DNA of 63,886 bases, filler included, from Lenisia limosa (taxonomy: Eukaryota; Protista; Breviatea): assembly GCA_001655205.1 (NCBI GenBank). It is 12 parts of 12 records of this genome, joined end to end, with 100 filler letters (N's around TTAATTAATTAA, not from the genome) between each part and the next. Parts side by side here need not be neighbours in the genome. Positions count along the whole stretch, not along the records: positions 44,439 to 57,403 come from LPNZ01008687.1; positions 57,504 to 62,145 come from LPNZ01011450.1; 10 more parts are not named here. One strand, written 5' to 3'. A program made the position numbers and the translations under genes. The notes below the pieces were generated by a model. The model had not been told where the DNA came from and ran no database searches. It saw only the letters and a program-made list of their open reading frames with translations. Positions 44,700-57,749 of the stretch are shown piece after piece (the stretch's first letter is position 1; each line of letters starts with the position of its first letter).

Positions 44700-46380
44700 A
44701 ACTTTGAAGGAAGACGGCGCGGCCGAATTTGGAGGAATCCACGTTCTCAACTGAGGCAAATTCGACGGGGAATCCCTNNNNNNNNNNNNNNNNNNNNNNN
44801 NNNNNNNNNNNNNNNNNNNNNNNNNNNNNNNNNNNNNNNNNNNNNNNNNNNNNNNNNNNNNNNNNNNNNNNNNNNNNNNNNNNNNNNNNNNNNNNNNNNN
44901 NNNNNNNNNNNNNNNNNNNNNNNNNNNNNNNNNNNNNNNNNNNNNNNNNNNNNNNNNNNNNNNNNNNNNNNNNNNNNNNNNNNNNNNNNNNNNNNNNNNN
45001 NNNNNNNNNNNNNNNNNNNNNNNNNNNNNNNNNNNNNNNNNNNNNNNNNNNNNNNNNNNNNNNNNNNNNNNNNNNNNNNNNNNNNNNNNNNNNNNNNNGC
45101 ACGGATGAAGCGGACACTGCTCACACCGGTCTCCTCCATCATTCTTCCGATCTAGGGGTCAATGGGAGAACGTAAGAAAACACGACGCTAGTAAGGAAAA
45201 ATACAACATCAAAATCCACCCCCCCCCCCCAAAAAAAAACCTGNNNNNNNNNNNNNNNNNNNNNNNNNNNNNNNNNNNNNNNNNNNNNNNNNNNNNNNNN
45301 NNNNNNNNNNNNNNNNNNNNNNNNNNNNNNNNNNNNNNNNNNNNNNNNNNNNNNNNNNNNNNNNNNAATCGGGAACCTGGCGGAGGGAGATGAGAACAAT
45401 TATAATATAGAAGAAAGTGAAGAAATATATAAACATCTGCTGTTGCAGTACTTCATCACACCCACCTCGTCGTTATGGAAGCGTCTGCCGTGAGCAGGGG
45501 CGCCACCGGCAATGATCATGGCGCGACGGGGGGCTCTCCACTGCATCTCCATGGCCTGATGGGGGTGAGAATAAATTTCAGAGATATCACATATGCTATC
45601 ACAATAAAACAAAAGTCGTAATCAAGACTGGTAAAACTCCACAATAATTCTTCCTCCCAACACACCTTTCCGATACCGCCAAGAACATCAGCGGTCTTAG
45701 AGCGGAAGGCGAAAGTGCGAAGAGACGACACCTTTGTTCCCCACTCCTCGAGGTTGGAGGACAGATCGTGCATCATGTATTTGGAGTCATTCTGGGTGGA
45801 GCATTAGACTTGATGAAGGAAAAATGAAACCTTCGCCCAAACAACTGATAAAAATATCTGAATAACTTATCCAAAAGTTCTCAGAAAAAAAGAAGGATAC
45901 TAAACAAACTCACAACCGATCTGATACTAAGAAGAGCAATTTTCAATGACAATGATACAAGTGAGATGGCAACAATAAAAATGTGAGGATCTCTTGAAAA
46001 AGAGGAACATAGAATATAAGTTCGCGCCTTTGCGAGTCACATGATTTTATATAAGAATATTTTCATAGACTACAAGCGTAGAAGAGATTGAAGAAGCTTA
46101 CATGGCCTTCGGGGTTCTTGAAATGGTCTGAATATCCAATAAAGCCAAAACGAATGGTTCCCTTTTCCCTATTACATTAAATTGCCTGGTTTTGATGGAT
46201 AATACTCACTCAGTTTGGAGCTTCTTAACAATGCGGGAAACATCGTTCTTCAAAGCATCCAAGCGGCTACGCATAGGTGCTTTAAGCTCAAAGACAAAAG
46301 CAATATCGATATCATCATTGTTGGATTCATCTAAATGAAATAAGCAAGATCTTCAAAACAATAACAAGCTTACGTCCCAT
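44700..46380 (-). CDS. vWA-domain protein (resembles the vWA of VwkA-type alpha-kinases), 5' part
   Basis: DDIDIALSLSLKAPMRSRLDALKNDVSRIVKKLQT|EKGTIRFGFIGYSDH...TADVLGGIGK|AMEMQWRAPRRAMIIAGGAPAHGRRFH follows the vWA order D..FL.D.TGSM / R.GFVGYRD / EDV.GGL / L.WR...LI.DAP.HG. Confidence 0.7.
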
Positions 46381-46648
46381 CTTCGCTTTTTCTAATTAGA
46401 AACTACCTAAATGGGTTATTGAAGGGTCTTTACTCAATAAAACCGTGTTAGGATAAAGTTTGGTGGTAATTTACTATATTCACCCGCTAACTATCTTATT
46501 TGAAACAAAACTCAAAGAAAGTCTACTAATTGGCTCAGAACAGAATTTCTATAAATAAAAATAATATTTTTAAATGTACCCTGGTACTAAATTATATGTG
46601 TATAGTATTGTTATCATATGCAAACACAAACCCACGTTAGCTGTCAAC

Positions 46649-49179
46649 ATGCTACGAGAGGTAACATGCTCAGCACCTGTAAATATTGCAGTTATCAAAT
46701 ATTGGTTTGCACTTTTCACTCAATATCGTTGTTTGACTTACGCTTCATAGGGGCAAACGAAACGAGAAACTTATCCTCCCTATAAATTCGTCTCTCTCAG
46801 TGACATTAAATCAGGATGATTTATGCTCAAAGACCTCAGTTCAGATTTCCCCTGATTTTGGTGAAGATGAACTTTACATCAACGGCGAGTATGAAGGTTA
46901 ATTTGTGATAATATTAATAATAACTTTATTTAACGCAAAGTGATTTTTTTTATATTCATCTCCCTTCTTTTCATCTTGTGAGTTGGTCACATTTCAGGAA
47001 GCAAGACATCACATCAGCCAGGTTCCAGGCCTGCCTTAAAGGTGTCCGTCAATTAACTGGAGATCTGGTGGATAGTAATGTAGGTTATTTTACATGTTAA
47101 ATCAAGGCGGTGATAAATTATGACCAAGGAAGTACCTTTTGTATTTGATTCTTCTGGGTTTCACCCACCAGGGTACCGTGCCATCCTCTAAACTAAAAAC
47201 TTATAAGGTAGGCTTAGACAGTTTTTTTCTCATGAGTCTACAATCTTCCCGTGGCACGCCAAAGTATATCATAAACACTGTTTTTTTTTTGACGCTTTCA
47301 CCTCCCCAATGTCCAACCACCCCTACCCTCCAGGCCCATATTCGGTCAATTAACAACTTCCCAACTGCGGCTGGCCTGGCATCCTCCGCAGCCGGTTTCG
47401 CCTGCCTCAGTATGCTTGCTGAGCTATTAGTTTTTTTACGTTAATGAGTTTGTTGAACCCTATGGTCGCAAAAGTAACTATCAACATTATTGTTATACCT
47501 TACCATATGTTATTACTCATATACATTTAGATTCAGTTGTTTTTGGACCAAATAGTGACGGTGCTCATTTCTCTTCGAGTTATTAATACCACTCAGCGTA
47601 CTCCCTTGGAAAGGCATACTGTGTCAATGACCCAAATAACGTCAAACTCTCTTCCATTGCAAGGTCTGACAGGGAAATATAATTTTTTTTTATTTCAGTG
47701 TTTTCTATGTGGCTATTTTGACAGTTTTTTTACTGAGCTTTAGACAGGGAAGTGGCTCGGCCTGTAGATCTTTGAATGGAGGATTTGTCCGTTGGAACAT
47801 GGGGGTCTTAGATGACGGTTCTGACTCAAATGCCGAGGAGGTATGCCAATCTTCGCCAGTCAAAATAGTGTTGGCACTTGCAGCTAATGATTTTAGGTGT
47901 TTCCTGAGTCTCACTGGCCTGATTTAGACATTGTGGTTTTGGTGGCAGGCGCGCACAAGAAAAAGGTTAGGACTGTTTCTAACTGAGAGCAGTTTTCTTA
48001 CACTACCATCCTTCAAGGGTTGATATGTCTGCAATAGTACCAACCTGCGCTTTAATGCGAAAAATTATAGCCTTTTGAAAGTGTGCATAGACATGCCTCC
48101 AGCTACAATGGCATGGTATTGTGTATAAACATTCCAGGTTGGGAGCACTCCTGGAATGCGGCGTTCTCTCGAGACGTCACATTTGCTCAAGGTCAGAAGT
48201 GAACACATTGTCCCAAAGCGAATTGTTGAAATTGAAGAAGCCATCAAAAGGAAGAACTTTGCTCAGTTTGCCAAGTTAACAATTATGGTTGGAAAGGACG
48301 CAAGTAGTGCTTTTAGATTTTATGATTATTCGTCTAGGATTCCAACAATATGCATGCAACATGCCTAGATACCTATCCTCCACTCCATTATATGAATGAC
48401 GTGTCCTATGCGGTTCAAAACATGATTCACGAGTTCAACAAAGATGGTGAAAAGGTGTGCTTTATGGATAGATCTCATAACAAGGGTATAAGACAGTATT
48501 TAACAAAAAAAGGTTCTCTGTATCTCACTTCAAAGGTTGCATACACCTTCGACGCAGGCCCGAATGCCGTTCTGATCATGCCTAAAGTAGGGAAGGTATT
48601 TTATTTCATTGTATCGTCAATGATAAACATTACTCGGTACTCAGCTTGAAGTCACATTTATTTAAAATTCTTAAGAAGTTCAGGAACACACAAGTGACAT
48701 CTTGCGCTTGGTTTTACAATTGTTCCCTCCCACTAGTTTCTCCAAGTGGATGGGGTTTTTTTTGTCTTGATCTATTGTGTCCAAGCTGTCCTCTTTCAAG
48801 TTTTTCAAAAACTCATAACAGTTCAGGTTCTTTGCAACTCCAAATGCTGAAAAGCGAACTCTTGAAGCGTGTCCCAACTTGAATACCCCCGAGATTGCGG
48901 ATCGCTATAAAACCCTACCAATACGTCCCAATGGCCTCTCAAGTATCTTCGTTACATCGGTGAGGACGCTAACTTTCTTTTTGCTGATATTATTTTTTGA
49001 GTTTCTTCATATAGTATACCGCTTTTCTGAAGAGAGGGAAGGTTATAATACTAATACAGCCGACATCGAAGTTATCTCATGACTTCCAAACAACAAATAC
49101 ATTTTTGATCAATTAGATCGGAGATGGTCCCCGGGAGTTGGGTCCTGAGCATTCTGTGTTCCACAAAGCCAACCTCTAA
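46649..49179 (+). CDS. MVD: Mevalonate diphosphate decarboxylase, complete
   Basis: [30 protein letters not shown]; [19 protein letters not shown]; [18 protein letters not shown]; [15 protein letters not shown]; [11 protein letters not shown]; IGDGPREL...TAA. Confidence 0.97.
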
Positions 49180-49459
49180 CCCATTTTTGATACTATAATT
49201 TATTCTGATGCCACGCTAAGTTTTAGAGAAACCTGTTTGTTGGGATTTAATATGGAAGTGCGAGCTCAGGTTCCAAAGACGTATTTACCCCCCCCCCCCC
49301 CNNNNNNNNNNNNNNNNNNNNNNNNNNNNNNNNNNNNNNNNNNNNNNNNNNNNNNNNNNNNNNNNNNNNNNNGGGAAAGACAAAAGCATAATTCATTAAA
49401 TAAGGTCCATAAAATAAGAAAATTAAGAAAGATAGAAACATGGAGTTTGTTATTTATTA

Positions 49460-52400
49460 GAACGACTTGACACCCGCTCCTAAACCGTAAGCTGGAATAT
49501 TTCATCATTGTTTTAACATACCGGAGGAGAAGGGATGGTTCGACTGGAATTGGAAAACCCAAGAGGGGAGCGAGGCCTTGAAGATTTGGACTAAAGAGAT
49601 AAGAGAAGCTGATAATGTGTCCATTCACATGAAGCAATCTGAGCAATACATGACATCTTACAGTTTGATAGATCATGGTTTTGAATCTTCTTACTTTGGG
49701 AGGAGCAGGAGGTTCAGGCTTTGATTTGACTTTTCTTGAGGAAGTGTTCGGAGGGGTTATACCTTTATTCAGAGGAGTCACCCCTGCTGCATAAAGTAGA
49801 GTGAAGTTATTTGTCCAGCGAATTGCCAATCAAGACATCAAGACAGATGATGCCCAATAACGAGTTCCACTATTACCATACCATATAGCAATGAGAAATA
49901 AAAAAACATATAACTAGGGCTTTTCGGATCAAAAAAGACTGGTAAAATAAGAAGTTTTCGAGGATTTATCGAGAAATTCATTCTTTTTCGAACCGAAGTG
50001 AAGCCCTGCATATAACCCACGAGAAACAGAAGTGGGCTTTGGAGGAAGAGGCGAAGGCTTTTTCTTGGGCTTGTGTATCCGGGATGGTGTTGCTTTGGGA
50101 CGAGCTGGGAGTGTGACATATATCAGCGTCAATGAGTGTTTCCCTGTGGTATCCTTGAAACTTCCCGAATATTCCCCCAAAAACAGCACAAAAAACCAAC
50201 GATTACTTACCATTTTCTCTGGTTGAAGCTCTCACTGCTTTCCCCTAGGAAATGGAAGTTAGGTAATGACAAAGAAGGTAGAAATTTTTTAGAAATATCT
50301 CAATCTCCCTTAATAAGATACCTGGTTTATCTGCCTTGCCATTTTTATAAAGCTCTTCGTGTCAGCCTCAGGGGGAAGGTCAGGCAAGGGGGCTGTACAA
50401 TTTAGTCGCGCTTTGTACTACGTATAATATATGATATGTAATTAAGTGCATATTCATATGATATTCTAAAACTCTTTGAAAGTGATGATCACCATCATAT
50501 TTATGAGTGATATTGGTTTTATCAATTTTACCATCATAATAACAGGCCTACCAGGGGGTTTGCGAATAACAGGGCCGGAAGCTGAAAAGGTGATTACCAG
50601 CTATTTGATGCAAAAAAATATAACTTTTCAGCATATTACCAAGCTTATCCAACTGATTCTAAGAGGTGACGTTGGTAGCTAAATGAATCGATGTACAATG
50701 TAATCTGATTACATTGTACATCGATTCATTTAGCATTTAGCGTGGGTTAAAGTACATATTATGTGAGTATAATTGACAACTAATGTGTTCTATCATAGTA
50801 AATGTACTATTATATGATATCTACTATGTATACTCACAAAAGTCAAGGCTAGTGGGTGATGAACTTGGGTCAACAGAGGGTGGACGGGATTGTGAGCTCT
50901 TTCCTGAAAGGTTCAATACTGAGAGATTGTGCAAATTTGGTGCTTATTAAAAGGGCATTGGACAAAAGTGATACCAGTACCGACCTCGACAAGATTTACA
51001 TGGTATGGAACTAAAGCTATTGGGTTTGCGTATTAAGTGTCGAAGTGTACGAGGCCTTGGGTTACTGGAAGTGTAACAATCAAGGGATACCAATTTCATT
51101 ATAATGCTCAGTGTTCAAAAAGATTTTGGTTAGAGTAAAATCCTAATGTACCAATCACAATAAATACCTAGAAGAATAAGAAAATCGTCCATAAACCTTG
51201 CTTTGAGCAAATGACAGGCGCATTGTTGACATAATGGACATTGCACCGCCATGCATATACGGCAATGTAAAGTGGGAAGCATTGGAAGAGAGGTTGAACG
51301 GTCACATTCATGAAGACCAAGCTCAGTTGCTACAAAGTAAGTCAACCAAGGAATAACGACAAAATGAAGAGTGGTTTATTAAAGAAGACAAAAACTAGTG
51401 ATGTGATTTGATTATTAAAAACTATAGTTGTTCTTCCTTCCAATAACACAATAATAATAACAGGTCGAGGAGCTGTCCTAAAATTGTATCAGCTACACTG
51501 TCAAATCAATATTGATGTGTGAATACAAACGTATGTCAACTACCCGCTAACTTGCGATGCTACGCGCAGTAACAGGCGCAGTTTGTGTTACGTCGTATAA
51601 ATCATTGCATGACGAATTCGGTGTCAGAGATGAGCTAAAATCAACCGAGTTATTCGAGGGGCATGGGGCGACTATGGGAGACTCAGTGGCTCGGAGGGAT
51701 AAAGATGGGACGGGGCTCAAGGGGCTAGATTNNNNNNNNNNNNNNNNNNNNNNNNNNNNNNNNNNNNNNNNNNNNNNNNNNNNNNNNNNNNNNNNNNNNN
51801 NNNNNNNNNNNNNNNNNNNNTGGGGGGCCTGGAACACCAGGGTCAATCGAGTCTTGAGAGTTATCCACGTTGGTGCATTCAGCCTGATTAGCTTCATTTT
51901 TGTCAACATGATCACTAGATGGTGAAGGTGCTAAAACGGGGTCGTTATCAAAACCCTGTTCATGTGAGGTGCTTCCAAGGGAAGACCCAGTTTCGTGAAG
52001 AGTTGAACATGAAACAAAACTAATGTCAAGGGGTTCACCTTCCAAAGATGCCAAGGAAAGCTCGTGATGTATGGAAGCTGGAGATGGGTTATGTGGAATG
52101 TTTGGTAAAGGTATCGGAGGTGGAGTGATGTCAAATGGACTTGTCGCTGTCTGCTGGATATGACCTTCTGGGTCCCAGCTATCGGACACTATTGATTCTT
52201 CAGCTGCGTATGGGCAGGTGTCCATACAAATGGCAGGCGAGGCGGTGACAATGGTGATAACAGAATCTTGTTGAAGATCTTGGGGTTGAGGCGGGACTTT
52301 CGGCTTGCAAATACAAGGTGCTGAGTCTATAAAATAATTTTTTAACCGAAATAACCAGTATCATAAGGTACGAAATTCCTAGATTCATTATAATTTGACA

Positions 52401-53100
52401 TTCACCTCTAACCACTTTCTACATATTCACCAACAAAGGCAGATACTGAGAAGAGGATTCTTTGAAAGTCCCGCTCTATTCAATTAGAAATAAATCAACA
52501 TCTGATACACAAAAGAGAACTCTTGGCTATTGCAATTCAAATGGAATCTTTTATAAAAATTAGAGAGTTCACACATTAAAATAGTGGGATTGTAAGCAAA
52601 TTAAGACCAAAATAGCATTTCAACTGTTATTAACCAAACCAGACCTGCACATTGGAATCCGGGAGGGGAGAGCCCATTGAGCCCTTGAAGTAGAAGGGGA
52701 GGTGCTGAAATGTAATAAGATTACATGTGAAATCTTTTTCATGAGAATAGTGCAATCAAAAAGTTTGGTTCTATAATCCTACCTTTTAAATCAGTTTTTT
52801 GGCATTTGAAAGTACGCAGAGGCTCAGATTTACAAGCAAATACTGGCTTTGTTTGCCGCACTGAGAGTGAAAAGAGTAACAGCAGCAAAAGAGTAAATCT
52901 ACATAATGATAATGTTCAGGACATAATAATAAAAAAATTATATCTATATGTGTGAATATGTTTGTTGTACGTTCTGCTATATAATTGGCGACACCACAAT
53001 AGCAATAACGGTCAAATGAAACCAACCAAGAGTGAGTTCCTTAGGGACTTCCTTCAGCTGTGCACTTCTAAACTTGTCTAAAAGATTGTATATCAACTCC
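49460..53100 (-). CDS. Unidentified Ser/Pro-rich protein with a Cys-rich (zinc-binding-like) segment; may be two genes
   Basis: Long disordered exon at 51550-52310, Cys cluster LHCRICMAVQCPLCQQCACHLL...CKSCRGRYWYHFC, and Pro/Lys-rich exons at 49530-50150. Confidence 0.5.
49915..50008. mobile_element. Family A hairpin MITE (A-type)
   Basis: TAGGGCTTTTCGGATC...TTCGAACCGAAGTGAAGCCCT. Confidence 0.8.
50678..50734. repeat. Perfect 57-nt palindrome (28-nt arms, 1-nt centre)
   Basis: GCTAAATGAATCGATGTACAATGTAATC-T-GATTACATTGTACATCGATTCATTTAGC. Confidence 0.95.
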
Positions 53101-53234
53101 ATAGTGCTATATTTATGCTACTACATGTCATCCCATCAAAAGATCAGAAGAGGACGGCAGCTCTGATGTTAACGTCTGGTTGGGAGACACTTCAAATATT
53201 TATGATATTTCATAATTTTCTGCATTCGATTTTT

Positions 53235-55043
53235 ATTTATATCGAATGCAGGGCAAGACGAAAAAGAGGCTGTTTCCTGCACAGGAAAAGCAAAAAGCAG
53301 AATGCGGCGGCGCAGTATTTCAATGTTCAAAAATTGAGACAAAAGACCTCTTCTTGTCGTTATCATGGTAGAAGACACTTTGAATATTGTTAACATACCC
53401 ACATTGGGTAGGGAATCAGTGGAAGGCGATATACGATTCAAGGGACCTATCAAACAAAGTAAATGGGTGTTGATTTGAGTCTAACCAAGTAGTTTATTTC
53501 ACTTTCAGTTATAAATGTTGTTTTGATTCCTTTTATTGCTCTATTGTGTCAGAAGATAATCATCAGAGCTGGGCAGATTTTGACTTCTTCCCTTATTTGT
53601 ATTGTAAAGTCTTGCCCTGTTTCCCCATTAAACTTGATCACCGTAAAACCAACGATTTGGTGATGTGATTGCTACCATATTTTTATATGTTCCCAGTATC
53701 CACCTATTGACATCATGATAATTTCATTCGAAGATTGCTTACACCATTCCAGATTTCTTTCTGAAGTACCCTCCAATTCTCCCAGCCCAGTCGTATAAAT
53801 CCATTTCCACTCCCGGGGGCTTCATACACAGAGCAACAGACAAGGTTTGCAATTGATGGAATGTCTGAAAGAAATAAAATTATCAAATGAAGGGCACCTT
53901 CTGCATTGCAGATTGACTTTCAGACAAACTGGTGACACAATATCGCATAGCCACCNNNNNNNNNNNNNNNNNNNNNNNNNNNNNNNNNNNNNNNNNNNNN
54001 NNNNNNNNNNNNNNNNNNGAGATATGGACCCGGTCTATCCGAATCTCCGTGCAGGCTTTAACCAGCCGTCAACTGACCTTGCCTTCCCAACCGGCTTTGA
54101 TCTGTGCTCATATTGTGTTTGTAACAATGGAGAGGTAAGTTGTTTGTATTTTTAGTCGATTTATTATGGTGAAAATAGGGACAGAATTGTAGTCAAGGTG
54201 GAGTTCATGTTGAGGATCTTAATTTCATTTTCAAAAGTCGGGATGTAGTGATTTTGAGGTGAAATTGACGAGGTTGAACCTAGTACTTTCTGATATTAGA
54301 TTTATTTTATACAGGTGAGACACTTTTCTCGTAAATTTGAAGATGATGAACCGGAGGAGGTATGTTCACGTGCACTTTTCCAATGGTTTTTATTCCAGTA
54401 TAACGTAAATAGACTTGTAATATCTTAGTAACGCCATCAATTCTGTTTACTTTTTAGGACCGTCCCATTTTGGAGGCGTGTTCAACACCTCCAAAAGGTA
54501 TGACCCTTTGATATCTCAAAGTTTGTAACAAAATGAAGCCTTTGTTAATATGTGGTGGAAATAGCAATTTCTGGGAGCAACTCCCTCTTTCCTTTTTATA
54601 TGATGTATTGTTCATAGGGAAGCAACACAATAGGCTCCGAGTGTTAAAAGCAGCTTATTCACTCAGGAGCCACGGTTATGGGATGCTATTTGGAGTACGT
54701 AGCTGAAGATGAACCAATTGACTTGAACAACCAAATGCATTCCAAGTCAAGTATCAGCTTTTTTATTAATGGCATACGGGTAAAACGCTTTAACCAGGTA
54801 CCGAAAGGCGTTTATATGCCGACAGTGAGTGCGCAGCGCAATGCGGCTCTTCGCATTAACTTGGGACCGCACTTTTACTTCAAACCAGAGGTGGGTGGTT
54901 TATGATGATATGACCGTTACGTCAGTTAGCGCTAATCAGAACTTATGTGAGTATAAAATTTTTATTTTAAATAATGATTCTAGGGTATTGCGGATGAAGA
55001 CCTGTGTCCTTTACAAATGGCTTTTGAAGATATCTTAAAATGA
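53235..55043 (+). CDS. SPRY-domain protein of the ASH2L/Bre2 type
   Basis: NLRAGFNQPSTDLAFPTGFDLCSY (cf. RLGWSQ...PLGYD..SY), VMGCYL, and SISFFINGIRVKRFNQVPKGVYMPTVSAQRNAALRINLGPHFYFKP (cf. IIFYKNG...GVYFPAISLY...INFGP); TGA at 55041-55043. The 5' end is uncertain. Confidence 0.75.
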
Positions 55044-55299
55044 GGACAGAAGCGTAGGGGGCGGATTCATAACTTTTATGATGCTCTTAGAAAGCACACT
55101 TGTGGTTCTAAATATTGACATGGATTAGTATTGCGATTTTATTTTTTGTTTGGAACAAAATCGCAGTTTTTTTCACATTTTTTTAAAATTCAGGGTTACG
55201 TGGTTCGATTGTATGATACCTGATGAGCTTACATTTCTTTACATAATTTTACATTGGTCGGAATAGTGGTGGTCAAGTAACATTAAAAGTTCTTTTTCT

Positions 55300-56060
55300 G
55301 TCAATTTAATCCTGTTTTATCTTGATATTTATGACCATGCAGACTCGAAGCATCTTTCTTCAAGGATCTAGTTAATCAGTACATACTTTTGTTTTATATG
55401 ATCGTTAGAAGTCATATTGTTTTGAAAAACAAGTTATTTGTTTTATTTTTGTTGATTTGTAAACAATATTGCAAAAACTGAAAATTACACAGGATAATAT
55501 TTGAAATAGTTTTCTTTGTATTCATTATAAAATGCAAAAAAACAATGTTACCTTGTACCTTATCAATACCACAAAGAGTAAGACAATGAATCATAAATAA
55601 AATTGACGAATGGGTCCGCCCACCTTCGCAATCAGTAACTGCAATGCACCTAATATATTCATAGGTAACAGGTATATAATATGTTTTGTTTGCTAAGTTG
55701 GGATATTGGTCGCCGTGAGACTGCCAAAAAAAGGCTCGCCAAAAGTTACAGCAGTACAAGAGCTGAACAAAAAGGGACAAAAAACAGAAACAAGCACCAA
55801 AAAGAAACTGTGATTCCGCTACCCGCGGACAGAGGACGCCGCACCTTAACCGACCCGAAAACCCGAAAACATACCATATGGGGTAAGTTTCTTCTCCTTT
55901 GTGAAAAGAAAACCGATGGTTTTCCCAATCGCTCTTCTGTTGTTTTTCTTTAGGAATAAAACTCTTTACAGTAGTCCTAAACTCAAAAAACAAACTCCTA
56001 ACCCGTTGACACACTCCCCACCGTATCGCGGAATTACATAAGGGGAAATGGCCCTCCCCC
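55300..56060 (-). CDS. Possible small gene, unidentified
   Basis: Coding-like blocks such as RTTVKSFIPKEKQQKSDWENHRFSFHKGEETYPIW|gtatgt; the full structure was not resolved. Confidence 0.25.
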
Positions 56061-56081
56061 AATTCCGTGAATAGTTTTTAA

Positions 56082-57220
56082 ATGACTACTTTTTGCCATC
56101 CATTATTGAAGCTTTTTATCCAACTTGCACTGATAGTAGCAGCTTCAGGTTATTTCACTGAAGTATTATGTCCAATTGGGAGGGCGGAGAGAGTGCTCAT
56201 CAAGGATCTGCCATTCAACGGTAAGCAAAACTCACCCAATTTACGCACTGATTTATGACACTCCCACACTCCATTTTGCATGAGTTGTTTGTCATTGGCG
56301 GAATATGCGATGACATAGTGTAAACGTTGCCTAGAAATCTAGCTTACCTGCTAAAAAAGGACACAAGAAAGGTACGTATTATATGACCCTTTCAGATCCG
56401 CACTGGACAGAGATCAATGCTCAACCTGGATGCAGTCATTTTGTTGAAGTGTGTGAGTTTTGCTAAAAATGAGACAAAAGTACACAACAATACAGCTTAC
56501 ACGTATCAATTGTTGTAACTATTTTAGGGTGGCGTAACAACTTTCAACACCACATTCTGCCCCTCTCATAAACGAAAGGTTTTTCAGACAGTGGTATCAA
56601 ATGACCCACATGCCTATAAGCTTCCTGGAATTCATGTTGATGTGAAAGCCACCGATGCAACTTTCCATATTCGTGTATGTCAGCAAAATTAAGACCAATA
56701 CAAAATGAAACAATTTTAACTAATCACTGGTGTTATTGAGAAAAAAACTGAAATTGACAGGCCACATGCCACGGTGAAGTCAAAGATGTGAAGCTCAATG
56801 AAACAATGTGGCATTGTGACTACGCATCTGAGGTATGTTAAAAAAGCGCAAACTGTAACCTAGGTGGTTTGTTGATATTCAAACATGCTTTATCATCCTT
56901 TCTCCGCATCAATTATTCAGCTGATATATGATAGATTACCATCGAATTAGTTTTTGTGCTCAGTCGCCCTGTGCTCTCAAGTAGTTCCCTAATTTTGACC
57001 AATTCCATACAGGTATGTAGTTTCAAAAGTGTTATAATCAAACAATCGAAACTGGTCTACAATGAAATGTGAAAGATAACTTATTTCGTAACTCGACAAT
57101 TATTATGATTAATTTACACAGGTACAAGTAATAATCTGTAGTTTTCGGGAGTTCGAGTTTACAACGACGTCCTAAACAAAGACTGCTTCAATGAAAAAAA
57201 AGCCAGAAGTTATTCAAATG
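56082..57220 (+). CDS. Secreted Cys-containing protein, unidentified, 5' part
   Basis: MTTFCHPLLKLFIQLALIVAASG-YFTEVLCPIGRAERVLIKDLPFN|DPHWTEINAQPGCSHFVE|GGVTTFNTTFCPSHKRK|TVVSNDPHAYKLPGIHVDVKATDATFHIR|ATCHGEVKDVKLNETMWHCDYASE; five consecutive phase-compatible junctions. Confidence 0.7.
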
Positions 57221-57566
57221 GTATGGCTGATAAAACTTCATATGTATGAGAAGGGGCTTAGATAGTAATTCAAAACTACTTCCTACTTTCATTATTTTCC
57301 AATTTCCAAATATTACAAGCCGACAATTTATTATCTTCCACATAATATAGGTGAGTGCACACGACCGCGACCTGTAACATAACCGCGACCGCTTTTCTGA
57401 AATNNNNNNNNNNNNNNNNNNNNNNNNNNNNNNNNNNNNNNNNNNNNTTAATTAATTAANNNNNNNNNNNNNNNNNNNNNNNNNNNNNNNNNNNNNNNNN
57501 NNNAATTTACACACTATATGATAGTATTTCTCATATCATATATTATACTATGATATGATTAATCTA

Positions 57567-57648
57567 TACAGTGAGCGTGAAAAATCGTGGCCGATTTTCC
57601 TTGGGAAATCACAGAGTAAATCGGTCAAGACTTATCCCGGTCACGGAA
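57567..57648. mobile_element. Family B mini-MITE
   Basis: TA-CAGTGAGC...GGCCGATTTTCCTTGGGAAATCACAGAGTAAATCGGTCAAGACTTATCCCGGTCAC. Confidence 0.8.
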
Positions 57649-57749
57649 TATAATATATGATATCAATATCATCAACATCATATACAACCTTATATTCAGT
57701 AAATAAAAATAGCTATATTCATAATTATGCCATCTTTTCTTTCAATACC

